Source: Podarcis vaucheri (Eukaryota). Taken from it: a stretch of 64,000 nucleotides of DNA. The first letter of the stretch is position 1; each line of letters begins with the position of its first letter. A program made the translations under genes and the position numbers. The notes beneath the pieces were generated by a model, which was not told the DNA's origin, did not search any database, and saw only the letters and a program-made list of their open reading frames with translations. The DNA lies in assembly GCA_965113315.1 (NCBI GenBank), contig OZ220382.1; one strand, 5' to 3'. Positions 1 through 13,625 of this stretch are shown piece after piece.

Positions 1-665
1 GAACCTGGGACCTTCTGCATGCAAAGCAGATGATCTGTCTCCAAGCTGCAGCTGTTCTCCTGAACTAGCCAATCATAGTTTTTACTTAAAGAAGATGGGA
101 TCACAGAATACAGATCGTGATGGGATTGTCTCTTCCAAGAAAAAGAGAGAGTGCTTAGAAGCTACTCTTCTGCTTTAAAGGAATTCGTAGCAACATACAA
201 CATTGACATGTTTAAGCAAAATGAACACCATCAGTGTAGTATATGAACAGTCTACAAACAAGCTATAAGCAAACTCCAGGGAATAAAGAGCAGTGGCAGG
301 TTTGGTTCATCCCATTTGTGGCCTTCTGACACACACATGAATTATGTCGAAGCTAGCTAGAAAGGTAGCCAGGCAGAGTCCCATTTGGGAGTGAATTCTG
401 CAAAGATGGGAGCCAACACTGAGGAGGCCCTGCTCCTTGCAGATGTCCTGGGTAAAAGATAGAATGGAAAGCAAACTCTCTTCCAATGAATCTTGAGGAA
501 CAGGGATTAGGATGCTTGTGAAAGTCCACAGTTTGAGTTGCTTGAGTTAGCAGAATCTGAGAATGTAGAGGTTGTGCTTACTGGGCCAAGGATAGTACCT
601 GGTCAGGGCAGAAGATGGTGTCTGGCTGGTTGGCAGAAGAGCCTGACTGTGTCTGGAGTAGGGAA

Positions 666-836
666 GGCCCATAGCTCAGTGACTGAGCGTCTGCTTTGCA
701 TGCATAAGGCCTCAGGTTCAATCCCTGGTGTCTCCAGGTAGGACTGATAATGTTCTCTGTCTGATATCCCACGAGAGCTGCTATCAGTCAATGTAGGCAG
801 CACTGAGCTGGATGTACCAGTAATCTATGTGTCCTA
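666..836 (+). mobile_element. tRNA-Ala(TGC)-derived squamate SINE
   Basis: Head tagctcagtg...ctgctttgcatgcat...ggttcaatccctgg...ctccagg (A/B boxes), then a shared body and tail. Further copies at ~1-45(-), 22785-22840, 43990-44165(-), 50965-51130(-), 51678-51845, 58435-58615, 59770-59955 and 60020-60135. Confidence 0.8.
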
Positions 837-1162
837 CTTCTTTAGAGGACAGCCCTATACTTGAAGGAGTTCTCTATTTGAAGAGCTGCCTGGAATAAGT
901 CTGGCTTAAATATAATCCTATAAAGGGGGAGCAGCCTCAGGAGTGGGCAGGGAGACAAAGCTTGAGGCTGGCACTAGGACAGCAGGCTAAGCCAGCACAC
1001 ACAGGCCACCTCACCACTCTTCCCCACTATAACATTAATTTTATTTCTATTTAAATTATTTCTAAATGTGCAAATATACATATAAATTAGCATCTGTAAA
1101 AAATATACAAATCTGTGCCCTCTTTGGTGCACTTTTTCTTTTTCTTTTACTGCCCCCAACTT

Positions 1163-1410
1163 CAGAGCATAGCCATCATGGCTAGTAGCCACTAATTATT
1201 AGTGACTAATAGCTTTCTCCTGCAGGAATTTGTGTCATCTTTTGAAACCAGCCAGGTTGGTGGCTGTGACTGCCTCCTATGCACTGAGTGATGAAGTGTT
1301 TTGTTTCATCTGCCCTTAAGCTTCCAACATTCAGCTTCATTGGATGTCAATGAGTTCTGGTGACATAAGGGAGGCAGCAAAACATTCTCCAAGCCATGTA
1401 TAATTTTATT
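1163..1410 (-). mobile_element. CR1 LINE 3' fragment (degenerate)
   Basis: agagcatagccatcatggctagtagcc... matches the other CR1 3' copies in the window (22370-22615, 38970-39230). Confidence 0.65.
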
Positions 1411-1860
1411 CATACATCCATGCAACATACAATTCATCCCCATTCCATATAGTTGAAGCATAGGTTGCACTCACATATATGCCTGCCTAATATGTTACAT
1501 CAGGGGTGAGGTGCCTTTTTCAGTCTGAGGGCCGTGTTCCCTCATGGACAGCCTTCAGGGGGGCCGCATGCCAGAGTGGGTGAGTCCTGACCCAGAATGA
1601 ATGAGGGGGAAAATATTTGGAGCAATGGAGGAGACTCTTACATTTCTACGGTAGGCTACATTCCTGCCGTTCCAAAGGATTTTTGCACACGCTTCTCTAT
1701 CCTCCATCCAGTTCCAAGGGCCAGACAGAGAGGCCCAGAGGGCTGCATTTGTTCCCCAAGGCTGAGGTGACACATCTCCATGTTACACTCACATATGTAC
1801 TTGCCTAATTATGTCTGAAGACCAAAACAGGTTTCATGTCTCAATGTCTTCTTTTGACAG

Positions 1861-2081
1861 AGGCTCGCCTGGTTTGACTTGGATCTGGAGAAATGACCAG
1901 TACAAGGATGGCAATCGGTGGCAGGTATTCGAAAAGAAATGCCCAGGCAGGTCGCATCACACCTGCAGCACCCTTGTGGTCAACCGAGCTGTTGCCAATG
2001 ACACAAGCTACTTCACCTGCTTTTACAGCGACCTTCCATCAAACAAAGAACTCAAGGCCGAGTTATACATTTTCGTCAGAG
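1861..2081 (+). CDS. kdrl: VEGF receptor kdr-like (VEGFR4), coding exon equivalent to exon 3 (Ig domain 1)
   Basis: Acceptor ttttgacag|A (phase 2), donor AGAG|gtaaat (phase 1). Encodes GSPGLTWIWRN...KKCPGRSHHTCSTLVVNRAVANDTSYFTCFYSD...AELYIFVR, with the VEGFR D1 motifs C-x(7)-CSTL, ANDT.Y.C.Y and YIFV. Confidence 0.88.
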
Positions 2082-3308
2082 GTAAATGGTTCAAGATATA
2101 TATGAAGTACTCATTAACCTGTCTTTCAGGCTATCAGTCTTTACAAGGCTGCTTCTTCTCGTGGCATGAAAGATGGCAAGCCAAACCCCTTTTATTAAAT
2201 CTGCCAGGCTGGATGCTGATGTCTGCTTTCGGCTCCCCGCCCTCAAAAAACATTCCACCCTGATGCTACTTAATTTTCCACAAAGCCCACAATGCCATGT
2301 GACTCTGGAGGGGTTGTCAGTGGCCCACAACATCTTTGTTAAATCTGCCAAGACAGCCAGATGCATTTTAGGTCCTTTTACTCTTTACCAAAGTGCATCG
2401 AATACTCTTGGTGTGGCAAAGTTTTATGCTGCAGCAAGCAAAACCTTCCAGGAACTGACCCTTCTGACATTTTGTAATTTTCCTCTTTTGGAGTTCATGA
2501 CATGACTACAACATTTAAAATTCTGGTGCCGATTTTATTTCACTCTGTGCCACTTCTGTGTTGTTGTTTTCTATTCTCTTTTTCTTTTACTCTACTATAC
2601 ACACCTGGATAATGCAAAGCTTGTACTACTTATCTTGTTTGCTTATCATTGACTGTAACAGCAGAGATCTGAAAGGTGTCAAGGGCAAAGAGAAATACAT
2701 GAGCTAGTACAGGACGAGGAAGAGAAAGATACGCGTGGGAGCCTGAGGGGCAGGATCTTGGACTCACTCACATCATGTATTTTCATTCTGCTGTGTGGAG
2801 GGAGTGTGGAGGGAAGCCCTCAGTGGTGAAGAAATGAACCTTCAAACCAACTAAACAGGATGTAGAGGGGAATCCTCTGTAGTCATCATTGCTTGGCCCT
2901 TAGCCTCTCAATTTGAGGAAGTGGAAATCCTAGGAAGACAGAGAACAACCAAGGCTAAAAATCTGGGGGAAGGGCAGCTCAGTGGTTGTGCACCTGCCTC
3001 GGCTTAATTTCAATCATCAGCATTTCCCCCAAAATGGGGCAGTTGCTGGATGGACCAATGATCTGACTCAGTAGATCAGTCACAGTAGAAACCAACTTGA
3101 GCAGAGGAACCTGGATACCACGGGAGATGTACTATGCCAGACACCAGCTCCACAAATTGTGGGAGGAGGGGGCAGGGGCAGGCAATGCATATTACCAGTC
3201 AGGTGATATATTTTTTAGGGTCCTCCTTCCCTCTAAATTATACAAAGCCTACTGAAATACCTTGCAGGGTTTTGGAAAAGTGCAAGGCTTGGGGGAGCCT
3301 TTGTTAGT

Positions 3309-3559
3309 AGAAGAAGAGTTTGGACTTGATATCCCGCCTTTCACCACCCTAAGGAGTCTCAAAGCAGCTAACAATCTCCTTTCCCTTCCTCCCTCCCTCC
3401 CTCCCTCACAACACACACTCTGTGAGGTGAGTGAGGCTGAGAGACTTCAAAGGCTAGCCCAAGGTCACCCAGCAGCTGCATGTGGAGGTGCTGGGACGCA
3501 AACCCGGTTCACCAGATTATGAGCCCACCGCTCTTAACCACTACACCACGCTGGCTCTC
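3309..3559 (-). mobile_element. Squam3-like (MIR/Ther1-derived) SINE
   Basis: Reverse strand reads gagagccagcgtggtgtagtggttaagagc...tgggtgaccttgggctag...cacctcacagagtgtgtgttgtg...ctcttcttc: tRNA head, MIR core and (CTT) tail. Confidence 0.8.
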
Positions 3560-4249
3560 AAGAGTGATCAAAGAAGGTGGCTGTCAGTGCATTTTCTTGG
3601 TGGCTTTATAACACACACACACACTTGTGAGAGGACTGGTCAGGCTTCTGGAAACGAATTACACTGTTTAGCAAAGAATAGTAACAGCAGCACTTAGCAT
3701 TATTTATTTAACAGGATTTATATACTGCATAATATAAGAAAATCATCTAAACTGTTTATATAAAAGAATATAAAATATTTATAAGAAAATACCAATAAAT
3801 TCAAGAGACTTGGAAAAACAAGGAGGCACAATTTTTTAAAAAAAATCAAAATGTAGATAAAACCAGCTCTTTTAAAAAATGGTATACATAATAAAATTAC
3901 ATGCCTTAGTAGGCTTACATAAATAGGAAAGCTCTTAGCCGGCATCAAAACTACAATGAAGGCATATATATTTGCAGAGCTGCCCAGTGACACTTGCAAC
4001 AACCTTGCATGGAAAGCCAGGTTTATCATCTGGTGAGCCTCCGAGATACTGCCTTGCAGGGAGCTCCTGAAGCACATGGTTACCCTCTGCACTGACTCTA
4101 ATGTGCTGGTGTCACAGTCCTCCAAGCATCTCCCAGGCCCATCACTTTCCACTGTTTTCCTTCCGGGGGTGGGCGGGCACTATAGGCTTTGTGTCTTAAT
4201 ACCTTTAAAAACAAAACACTACACTGCATCTTCCAAGAAAGGCAGAATA

Positions 4250-4493
4250 CAACCATACCTCAGGTTGAATGTGCTTCAGGTTAAGCACTTTCAAGTTGCG
4301 CTCCACGGCAACCCGGAAGTAACAGAGCGCATTACTCCTGCTCACGCATGTGCAGACGCTCAAAATGATGTCACGCGCGGAAACGGCAAAATGCGACCCA
4401 TGCACACGCAGACATGCCGTCGCATCTTATGTTCCATTCAGGATGCGATCGGGGTTCCGGAACGGGTCCCGTTCGCATCTCGAGGTACCACTG
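4250..4493. mobile_element. Tc1/mariner-pogo (Tigger-like) non-autonomous element
   Basis: TA|caaccatacctcagg ... cgaggtaccactg|TA: imperfect TIRs and TA target duplication, CpG-rich interior. Confidence 0.75.
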
Positions 4494-5936
4494 TATAAGT
4501 TCAAGTCATCTGAATAATGATTTAGTCTGTCCTTAGTCTCTTAAAGCACTGCCCATGCAGTGGTGCAGACCAGTAATCTTAGAACCTGGACTTAATTGTC
4601 TTATAGCCTTTAGTCAACCATGTGTAGTAACGGTTAACCTTTCTCTCCTCTGCACCTTCCCCATCCCCATTATTCCATACTTTATACTGTAATTCTTTCT
4701 ATGTTCCTGATCTGTTAGAGCAAAAGAAAAAACAAAAAGCCAAATTAAAGTGTTTGCAGACCCAGATTTTTCTTAATTTAGTGAATACTCAGAGCATGTG
4801 CAGTTTTGCATTTTAAAACTCACGTAAAGCAGAGAGCCATCATGAATACAGGAATAAACCGGGGTTTGCTTCTGATACCATGATGCAGAATTTGAAAATT
4901 ATTCTCTACTCACTTTTAAAAGTGAATGCCATGAAATATTATCAAAAAATAGAAAGGAATAAATCATGATGTCACAACCATGTCAGTCCAGATGCTGTTG
5001 CCCCTGGCACCTGCCGCTCTCTGCGTGGTCCTTTGGGTGGTCTTTGGGTTGTGGGCCCTGTGCTTCTGCCCAGCTGCACTGCTGCACCCACAGGACTTCG
5101 TTCCTAAACCCCTTAGTGAGTTCCCTTGATCTTAGTTGGGTTTATTTCTACATCGGTGTGTGCGGTGAATTACTCTTTTTCTTCTTCCTCCATTTTGTAC
5201 ATTCCTGGAATTCCCTCTGCTTGCAACACAATAACCTTGATTTGTCTTTATCTCCCTTAATTCTAGTCTTGAGCTGTTTCCTCTTCCTGTTTCAACATTC
5301 TGCTGTGATTGCCTGCCTTTTAACTCTCTTGACTCACCCCGGGCATCTCAAGCCACAGGAAGCAGGACACACAAAAATTCAATTCCCCTCTCACATTCTG
5401 TGCCCTTGGCAAATTAAAAACCACCTTGACTTGAATTGCTTTTCTCTGCGATTGCCTCAACGTGGGTTTTGAGACCCTTCCAGGAGTGCCCAAGGTCTTT
5501 CCTTTTTTTACAAAAAGCGCAGTCCGGTATTAAGAAAATCTTCCCTGTTGTGAGCAAGAAATGAGGACTGATTAACTCTAGAAATACTTCAGCATGATCC
5601 CTAACTCTCCAGCTCTTAATTGTGACTTGTGAAATCAGTATTGCATTTCAGCAATTCATAAATTATCATCTTATTAATTTTATATTTTTTAATGAAACTG
5701 ATAATTGGGGAACTTGAATATCATACCTTCAATCCCTGGGGACAGAAGAAGGCAGTGGAAATTAAAACCATTTGTGTAAGTAACTACAAAATATGGCAAT
5801 CATAATATGCATATGAATAGGAAAACTTAGGTAAATTAGATTTAAATAAAAATTGGTTCCAAATCTCTTCATATGGCACATTATGTAGAGCTCGGTGGTT
5901 CATTCTCCTGCTGATCGCTGGATACTTGTTTTACCA

Positions 5937-6270
5937 CAGCGGTTCCCAAGGTGGGCAGTACTGTCCCCTGTGGGGTGGTGGGATTACCTACCGGGGGGCA
6001 TTAATTGGCACGGGGGCAGCAGGGGAGTGCTAGAGTGTAAATAACCACCAGACTTTGAAAAGCTGGATCAAGCTCATCAGTTTTGTTGCATTAATTAAAC
6101 TAAATAGTTTTAATTGGATTTCGAATAAATGTGCAACCAGTTGTTATTGTTTGATTATCTTCCTTACTGGGTTGTGCAAACCACAGTTTTGAACTATGCT
6201 GGGTGGAGGCACAGGGGATGAGTTTATGGAACCAAGAGGGCAGGGGCCTGAAAAGGTTTGGGATCCAGTG
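5937..6270. mobile_element. hAT-like MITE
   Basis: Termini cagcggttcccaa ... tttgggatccagtg; flanks ttttacca/atttagca resemble a decayed 8-bp TSD. Confidence 0.55.
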
Positions 6271-8111
6271 ATTTAGCACATGGGCAGGGAACACCTGACT
6301 ATGGAAATAAGAGACAGGACACATATACTTATTTCTTTCTCCTTCCTTCCATTTTCCAGCTTAAGATCACACATCTCTGCTTCTTTTAACACCTATGAGT
6401 GGACCAATACAGCATGTGGCCTGTACCTGCAGTTATATCGGACTCATTGTAAGCCAGCTAGTACAAAATGTAACTTACTGGTTTACTGTGCTTCCTCTTC
6501 ACAACTCTCTCCTCTTTAGATACAATCTCCTTGCCACAAGCACATTAACAGCCAACCAAAACAAAATGATCCATGGTGCTAGGCAGAGTTCGCCTGCACG
6601 TCTCTGATTTTCTTTTATCTGTCCTGCTGTGCTGTGCTGGAGTGGGTTAGGATGTGGCAGAGGTCACCTTCTCCACCAGACTCGATCAGGCTGCACAGGG
6701 GCAGAGTTGGGGGTGGACTTCACCATCAACTGTACCCACCAAAAGACATGGACAGAAGGCCCCAAAATGGGTTGTTTGGGAAGGGGCAATGAGGACAGAG
6801 ACAAGGATCCACTGCATGCTAAGACAGTCCAACTAGCAAAGGGACCCATCAAGGCCCATTCAGATCTGCTGCAGCAAGAATTGTCAGAATTTCAGCCCCC
6901 TCTGAAATTCCATCATGGCCTTTGTAAGCAACAGGAATCTAGATTCAGCCACACTACACTTGGCCGGAAGTTTGCATTTCACCCTAGTTCCTGCTATGGT
7001 GCTAAAACACCATGTAGGATTTAGGTGCCTCCCCTTCCCATCTCCATTATATGTAATATGCAGGTCCTCCTGATGGGTGTTGGTTAGGGGATCAAAGAAC
7101 CCTCAGCAGGATGCCATATGATTGGCCCCTAAATGCAATCCCAAAATGCAGTGCCATGGAAGTTCCAATCAATAGCATTGTGAGTAAAAAAAAAAAGTGG
7201 GGAGAGGACAGTTGCCAAGTATTATGGTTGCTGCCATGCTTTTTTAAAACTACTACTTTATATTTAAGCTCTTCCATAGCTTTTGTTTCATGTTTGCATC
7301 AAAGCAATTGTGGATTTTGAAAGGTCTATACAACTGCTCTGGGCTGTAGCAGGTGGAGTGAGAGGAACTGCTGAGTAAATTGTTCTTCCTCTGGGAGCAC
7401 CAGGCCATTCTTAATAAAGGGGAAGAAAAATAGTATCCATCCCTCTTTGCCCTCCACCCCAGCTGTGCTTAATGCTGAAGACCCTGATTGTTGTTGCAAC
7501 AGAAGTTTTGCTGCCCTTGCTACTGTTTCCTGCCCCTGTTTTGACAGCCTTCCCCGGGGAGTTTTGCAGGGCTGTCAGACTAGGCTCCTTGACAGCTGAA
7601 TATATTGGCCTGCACAGACTGCCTGAGACAGGAGTGGCCAATGTGGTGCCCTCCAGATGTGGTACTCTAACTCCCATCAGCCTCAGCCAGCATGACCCGC
7701 AGTCAGAAATGATGGGAGCTGTAGTCTGACAACATCTGGACTCTAGAAGGGAACGGGTTAGACATCCCTGGTGTGGAGTGGAAATTGCCACTGTTCACTT
7801 ATTCATCCTATGTCTGGAATGAATATAATCAGTAAACCCTGCTGTTGATTTCAATCTGCAAATTAATTATTGCCCCCCTCACTTGCATTGTCCTTCCCTT
7901 GCATTGAAATGAATGGGGTAGAATAATATAATGACAGTGTAAATTATGTAATTGTGCCACAGAGGACAGTGACTAATAATATAAGTTTTGGCAGAAAGTG
8001 AAATGCAGCAGAACAGAAGTGATGCTGCATACATTGATTACAGGGCAGAATGGGGAACGATGCTGTCTTGCATCTCTGACTGCACAAAATAGGCTGGATT
8101 GAGCCAAGTAC

Positions 8112-8660
8112 ATTATCATTATCATTATCATTATCATTATCATATTTATTTATATCTCGTATTTTCCCCGGCCAGGATTCAAATTACACAAATTTTAAAA
8201 ACACAGATAAAATACAAAAAGTTAAAAACATGTACAAGATAACTGTTAAAAAGTAATTAAACTCTAATAGAATTAAAACAATATAAACAAAAAAATTATT
8301 GAAATACAGATAATAAAGGAGCACAGCACTATTAAAGCCCTTTCCTTAAAAAAACCCCAGTCCATTTCAGAACAAAGTCTTCAGCTGCCAGCGGAAGGAC
8401 AGCAGTGAGGGAGCCAGCCTAGATTATCTAGGAAGGGAATTCCAAAGTCTGGGAGCAGCCACCAAGAAGGCTCTCCCCCATGTCCCCATAAAGCTGGCCT
8501 GTAAGAGTGGTGGAATCAAGAGATGGGCCTCCCCTGAAGATCTCAGAGCCTGGGCAGGTTTGTGTGAGAAGATAGTCTTTCAGAGAGCTTAGACCTAAGC
8601 TGTATAGGGCTTTATAGGTCATAACCAGCACTTAGAATTGTGCTCAAAAACAGACCAGTA
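8112..8660 (-). mobile_element. L2-clade LINE 3' fragment with (ATCATT)n tail
   Basis: ORF 8428..8631 LVMTYKALYSLG...LKDYL resembles the L2 RT C-terminus; microsatellite tail at 8112-8145. Confidence 0.75.
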
Positions 8661-9676
8661 GTCAGTTACTCAGACAAAAAGAGAGAAAACATTGCTTTGT
8701 TGAACAGTCATATTGTTCCAAAGCTTATTGGTGCCCTCTGTGTTTACCTAGCCTTCACTGTCCTCTGCCTCATGTGGCCAATTGACTTTTGCAATCCATG
8801 TGATCTTCTCCACCCCAGCAACATTTGTAGTGTTTTCATCGCAAACACAGCATCATGACACCAATGCTGCTTTAAGTCTGAGTTTGCTGGCTTTCCCCTT
8901 CTCTCACTGGCATTTTTTCATTTTCTGTTGTGCCTTCTAGAATTTGATCCCTGGAACACGGACTGTCTTGTTTTGTATTCTCTAAATGGTGCTAAACCAG
9001 ATGAGTGCCAGGACTCTGCGTCTTCCTTCACCCCACTGCCTGCCCTTCTTAGCATGTCAGCTGTGGTATACTGATCATTGTTAACTCAAACTGGGAAACC
9101 ATGACTTTAATAACCAGGATCTTAAACCATGGCATGCATGCATTCACATACACACACACACACACACCTCCTGATATCAAATATTGAGGAGGTGTTACAA
9201 CAAAATATGCAAGTGCAGCAAAACATAAAATACCGTCAGTACAATACAGAATCACTGTAAGAATGACTGGCTCAACACAAAACACAACTTGCAGTTTGAA
9301 GCAAAGGACAAGATGGCACCCTTCCACTCCAATTCCACCCTCCAGGCTGGCAGAGTGAGTCTTACTTCAACACTAGCTATAGAAGAACATATTCCACTAC
9401 ACCTGAGAACAGCAAGCTGGTGGTGCAGGCCCACTTGTGTGTGGTACACACAACTCTGCTCTCTAACACTTGACCATCAGTTGCCCCCCACTCCAGTCTG
9501 CTGCCTGAGGTAGTTGCCTCATTCTGCCTAACAGCAGGGTCAACTCTGTTCCAGGTGTAAAGTGTGAATTGGCCTTAGTGTTCTGATTTTGTGTGGCATG
9601 CACATTTGTCAGTGATAGCTGTGCAAGCTACTGTGATGAATTCCAATGAATCACAAAGCTACCCATTCTACTTTTT

Positions 9677-10163
9677 GGCCACTTCTGAATCATACATTTA
9701 AAACACTTTGATACTGCTTTAAAAGCAATGGCTTCCCTGCTCGCAAAGAATCCTTAGAACTGTAGTTGTTTAAGGATGCTAAGAGCTGTTAGGAGATCTC
9801 TGTCCACATCACAGAGCTACAATTCCCAGCGTTCTCTGTGAAGAGGGATTGATTCTTAAACCACTATGAGAGGGGTGGTTTAGTGTAGCTCTGTGAGGGG
9901 AATAGGGGTGTCTATTTTTCTAGAAAAAGAGGTGACGGAACTCACCATGGACACCTCCCTCGTTCTCTTAGAATGGCAATGGCGCCTACCTTGAAAGGTG
10001 CTCGAATTGAGTTTCAGCAGGTTCTGGCTCAAAAAAAAGCCCTGGTCCTGACAACTCTCAGCACCCTTTAAAAAAGCTACACTTCCCATGATTCTTTGAG
10101 GGAAGCCACAACTGTTTATAAAGTGGTATCCTATTGGGTTAAATGTATGTTTCAGATGTGACC
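9677..10163. mobile_element. Palindromic MITE (Harbinger-like) carrying a nested hAT-like element (~9908-10044)
   Basis: TIRs ggccacttctgaatcatacattta / taaatgtatgtttcagatgtgacc. Related copies at ~11840-11995, 25760-25885 and 49663-49960. The nested insert matches copies at ~37133-37190 and 54226-54352. Confidence 0.65.
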
Positions 10164-10907
10164 TTTGTTTTGTTTTTCCACTACAGATTGGTGTGGCTTC
10201 ATTTTGCCTGCTAATCTCTGCTGATTTAAGCTCGCATCTGCCCCTCTCTCCTCTTCACTCCCCCCCCCCCCAAAGCTTCTGACCCATCATGAATGCTTCT
10301 TCAGCTCTTCCATGTAAGTGTACCTCCTTGACCTACACTGGACATAAATTGTGTGAGCCCCGCCCTGCCTGCCTTCCTGCAAAATTCCACCGACCTGCCG
10401 AGCCAGACAGCCTGTCTGCGGGACCCACAAAAAAACCCTTTTCCGTCTCCTCAGACTTCCCTGACAGCCGATAAGCTGTGAACATTCTGCAGTGCCTGCT
10501 TGTCTCTGGGTGCGATGTGTGTTGCAGCTCATAGCAATTTTCTTCCCTTGAAGAAGCTGTGGGTGGCTTGAAGGGTGTTTGAATGGGAGGCAGTGAGCTG
10601 CCCTTGCAGCACAGACATTTTGTACCGCAGGGGAAATCACTTCTCTAGGAGCTCAGGATGCCAGATATGCTTCCATCTAGGGTGGTCCCATGTGACTGCT
10701 TAGTCAGCATTTGACATTATCCGAAAGCTTGTGGACGCCCTGCAAGATAATTGTATGGACCTTTGTTCATTCATCCACTTAAGACAGCCTTCACCAACTT
10801 GGAATCCTTCAGGTGTTTTGGATGGGAACATCTGGAGGGCACCAGGTTGGTGAAAGCTGGATTGAAGAAACATTGCCTTGGGAAGCTAAAAAATGCACTG
10901 CCAACTC

Positions 10908-11193
10908 TGGATGGAGCAAGCTTGTTTTCTGCTGCTCCAAAGGAAAAGACCCGAACCAATGGATTCAAATTACGAGGAAGGAAATTCCAACTAAATGCTA
11001 GGAAGAACTTTCTGACGGCAAGAGCCTTTTGAATGAACTGCCTCAGAAAGTGGTAGACTCTCATTTGTTGGAGGTTTTTAAGCAGACGTTGGATGGCCAC
11101 CTATCAGAGATTCTTTAACTGTGATTCCTCCATTGCAGGAGGTTGGAATAGATGATCCTCAGGGTCCCTTCCAACTCTACAGTTCTATGATTC
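10908..11193 (+). mobile_element. CR1 LINE 3' end
   Basis: Translates to FSAAPKEKTRTNGFKLRGRKFQLNARKNFLT (CR1 ORF2 C-terminus) and ends ggtcccttccaactctacagttctatgattct (CR1 3' tail). Confidence 0.85.
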
Positions 11194-11675
11194 TTGTATT
11201 CATCTGCCTGATGATGATACCCATGGATTCATCTCTTTCTTTTCTGCTGTGTAAGTGAATGGCTGCTGATAGTTGATGGCCTCCTTCTGTATTTGATTCA
11301 AGTTAGTGGCTATTGCTTTTAAGCCCCTATCAGTGGCTTCGAGAACAGGATTCGGGCGACACCACCGTAACCTGCATAATTCTGCCCATTCACTAAGGTC
11401 AGCAGGGAAGACCCTAACCCTTTGTGAGATGGGTGGATGTGATCACAGGGGGCTTCCACCATTGCAGCACTTGCTCTTTGGAACTCCCTGCTCCCTGCTC
11501 TGGTAGTATTCTGCTGTCATCTGGAAACAGCTTTGCTCAGCAGGCATTTGACCTAGGTGTTGGGTTGACTTTACTGCCCGCCTCTCTCCCTTTTGGTATC
11601 TGTTCCCTCTGGTTCTGACTGTTAACCAACCTGCTGTTTTTGTTTGCTTGTGGTTGATGTATCGATGCCTTTGTC

Positions 11676-11812
11676 CTGGGATAGCTCAGTTGGTAAAGCC
11701 TGAGGCTGTTAATCTCAGGATTGTGGGTTAGAGCCCCACACTGATTTCTGCATTGCAGGGGATTGGACTTGATGACTCTCATGGTCCTTCCAATCCTATG
11801 TTTCTATTATTC
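11676..11812 (+). mobile_element. tRNA(Lys-like)-derived SINE with CR1-type tail
   Basis: gggatagctcagttggtaaagc...ggttagagccccac head, then cattgcagggattggac...ggtccttccaatcctatgtttctattattct, homologous to the CR1 tail at 11130-11193. Confidence 0.7.
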
Positions 11813-12000
11813 TCTTTCCGTGTTGGCCATCTTGCTGCAGACCCACACCATACATTTAACACAAATTGGGTGCACATTTAAAAGACATGGCTTCCCCAGA
11901 GAATCCTGGGAATTGTAGTTCCCCCTCACAGAAATACCATTTCCAGCACCCTTAATAAACTACCATTCCCAGGATTCTGGGTGGGAAGCCACATGTTTTC

Positions 12001-12195
12001 AACCAATTCCAATCTGTTACCTCCGAGGATGTGGACAGGCTGCTTGGACAAGTGAAACCAGCCACCTGTCTCCTTGATCCTTGCCCATCCTGGCTGATAA
12101 AAGCGAGCCGGGAAGAGCTGGGAGATGGGCTTTGCGGGGTGGTGAATGCTTCTCTCTGTGAGGGAGCCTTCCCAGACCCGCTGAAAGAGGCGGTT
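12001..12195 (+). mobile_element. Internal L2-clade RT fragment
   Basis: Translates to FQSVTSEDVDRLLGQVKPATCLLDPCPSWLIKASREELGDGLCGVVNASLCEGAFPDPLKEAV (TC.LDP.P..L.K / N.SL..G.FP..LK.A.V motif upstream of the L2 RT core). Confidence 0.8.
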
Positions 12196-12682
12196 ACCTG
12201 AGCTGCCTGTGGCAAAGGCGGATCTAGGAGCAACTTGAAACTCTCATGTTCAGTTGCCAATATCATAATGCTGTTCTACAAATCTGTGGTGCAACCTCAT
12301 TTGGAATGTTGTGCACAGTTTTGGTTGCCTCGCTGCAAAAAGGATATTGTACAGTTGGAGAAGGTTTAGAAAAGAGCAACCAAAATTATTAAAAGGATAG
12401 AGCAACTCCCCTGTAAAGAAAGGATGCAGCGTTTTTTTGGGGGGAGGGTTAGCTTAGAGAAAAGGAGAGTAGGAGGTGACATGATGGAAGTTTAGAAAAT
12501 CATGCTTAGCATAGAGAAAGTGACTAGGAAAACATCCAGTCAAGTGGAATGTTGGAAGATTCAATACAGATTAAAAAGTACATCTTCATGCACCACATAG
12601 TTAAAACTATGCAACTCACTTCCACAGGAGGCCATGATGGCCACTAACATGGATAGCTTTAAGAGATGATGATGATGATAAA

Positions 12683-13497
12683 GATTATTATTATTAATAA
12701 GTGTTTATTTATATACCGCTCTCCCCTGCCAAAGCTGGGCTCAGAGCAGCTAACAAGTAAAAATAGCACAGTGTACATAAAATCACACAGTCAGTTAATT
12801 AAAAAACGTTCTAAAATCAATTCAGAATCAAATTAATGGCAACCATTGGGCTAGAGTTCTATGAGGATTACAGAAGGAGAGAGGGGTCAGACTGTGTCTT
12901 AGCCAAAGGCCTGGTGGAACAGCTCCGTCTTGAGGGCCTGCAGAAAGATGTCAAGTCCTGCAGGGCCCTAGTCTCTTGTGACAGAGTGTTCCACTAGATC
13001 GGGGCCACAGCTGTAAAAAGCCCTGGCTCTGGTCGAGGCCAGCTTAACCTCCCTGTTGCCCGGGATCTCCAAGATATTTTTATTTGAAGACCGCAAGGTC
13101 CTCCGTGGGACATACCAGGAGAGGCGATCCTGTAGGTATGAGGGTCCTAGGCTGTATAGGATTTTAAAGGTTAAAACCAGCACCTTAAACCTGATCCTGT
13201 ACTCCACCGGGAGCCAGTGCAGCTGGTATAGCACTGGGTGAATGTGATCCCACAGCGAGGACCCCATAAGGAGTCTCGCCACGGCATTCTGCACCCGCTG
13301 GAGTTTCTGGGTCAGTCTCAAGGGCAGCCCCACGTAGAGCAAGTTACAATAATCCAATCTGGAGGTCAGGGCGAGGTCAGGGCGAGAGAGGTAAGGAGCC
13401 AACTGCTTAGCTTGGCAGAGATGAAAAAATGCCACCTTTGTTATAGCTGCAATCTGCGCCTCCATGGAAAGGGAGGTGTTGAAGATTACACCCAAAC
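12683..13497 (-). mobile_element. L2-clade LINE 3' fragment
   Basis: ORF 12968..13525 SRLDYCNLLYVGLP...KLQRVQNAVARLL...LHWLPVEYRIRFKVLVLTFK is the canonical L2/CR1-clade RT C-terminus; (TTA) tail near 12685. Confidence 0.9.
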
Positions 13498-13588
13498 TCT
13501 TAACGAACAAATTAGGCAAATTCATGGAGGATAAGGCTATCCATGGCTACTAGCCACAATGGCCATGCTCTGTAATGCTTCTGAAAAT

Positions 13589-13589
<1 letters not shown>

Positions 13590-13625
<36 letters not shown>

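Noticed and set aside
666-737. Apparent tRNA-Ala(TGC) gene
   Set aside because: The acceptor stem does not pair, and the sequence continues into a body and tail shared by many dispersed copies, so it is a SINE head.
1811-2263. 150-aa ORF as a standalone gene
   Set aside because: Only 1861-2081 is VEGFR-like and it is bounded by splice sites. The rest is intron read-through.
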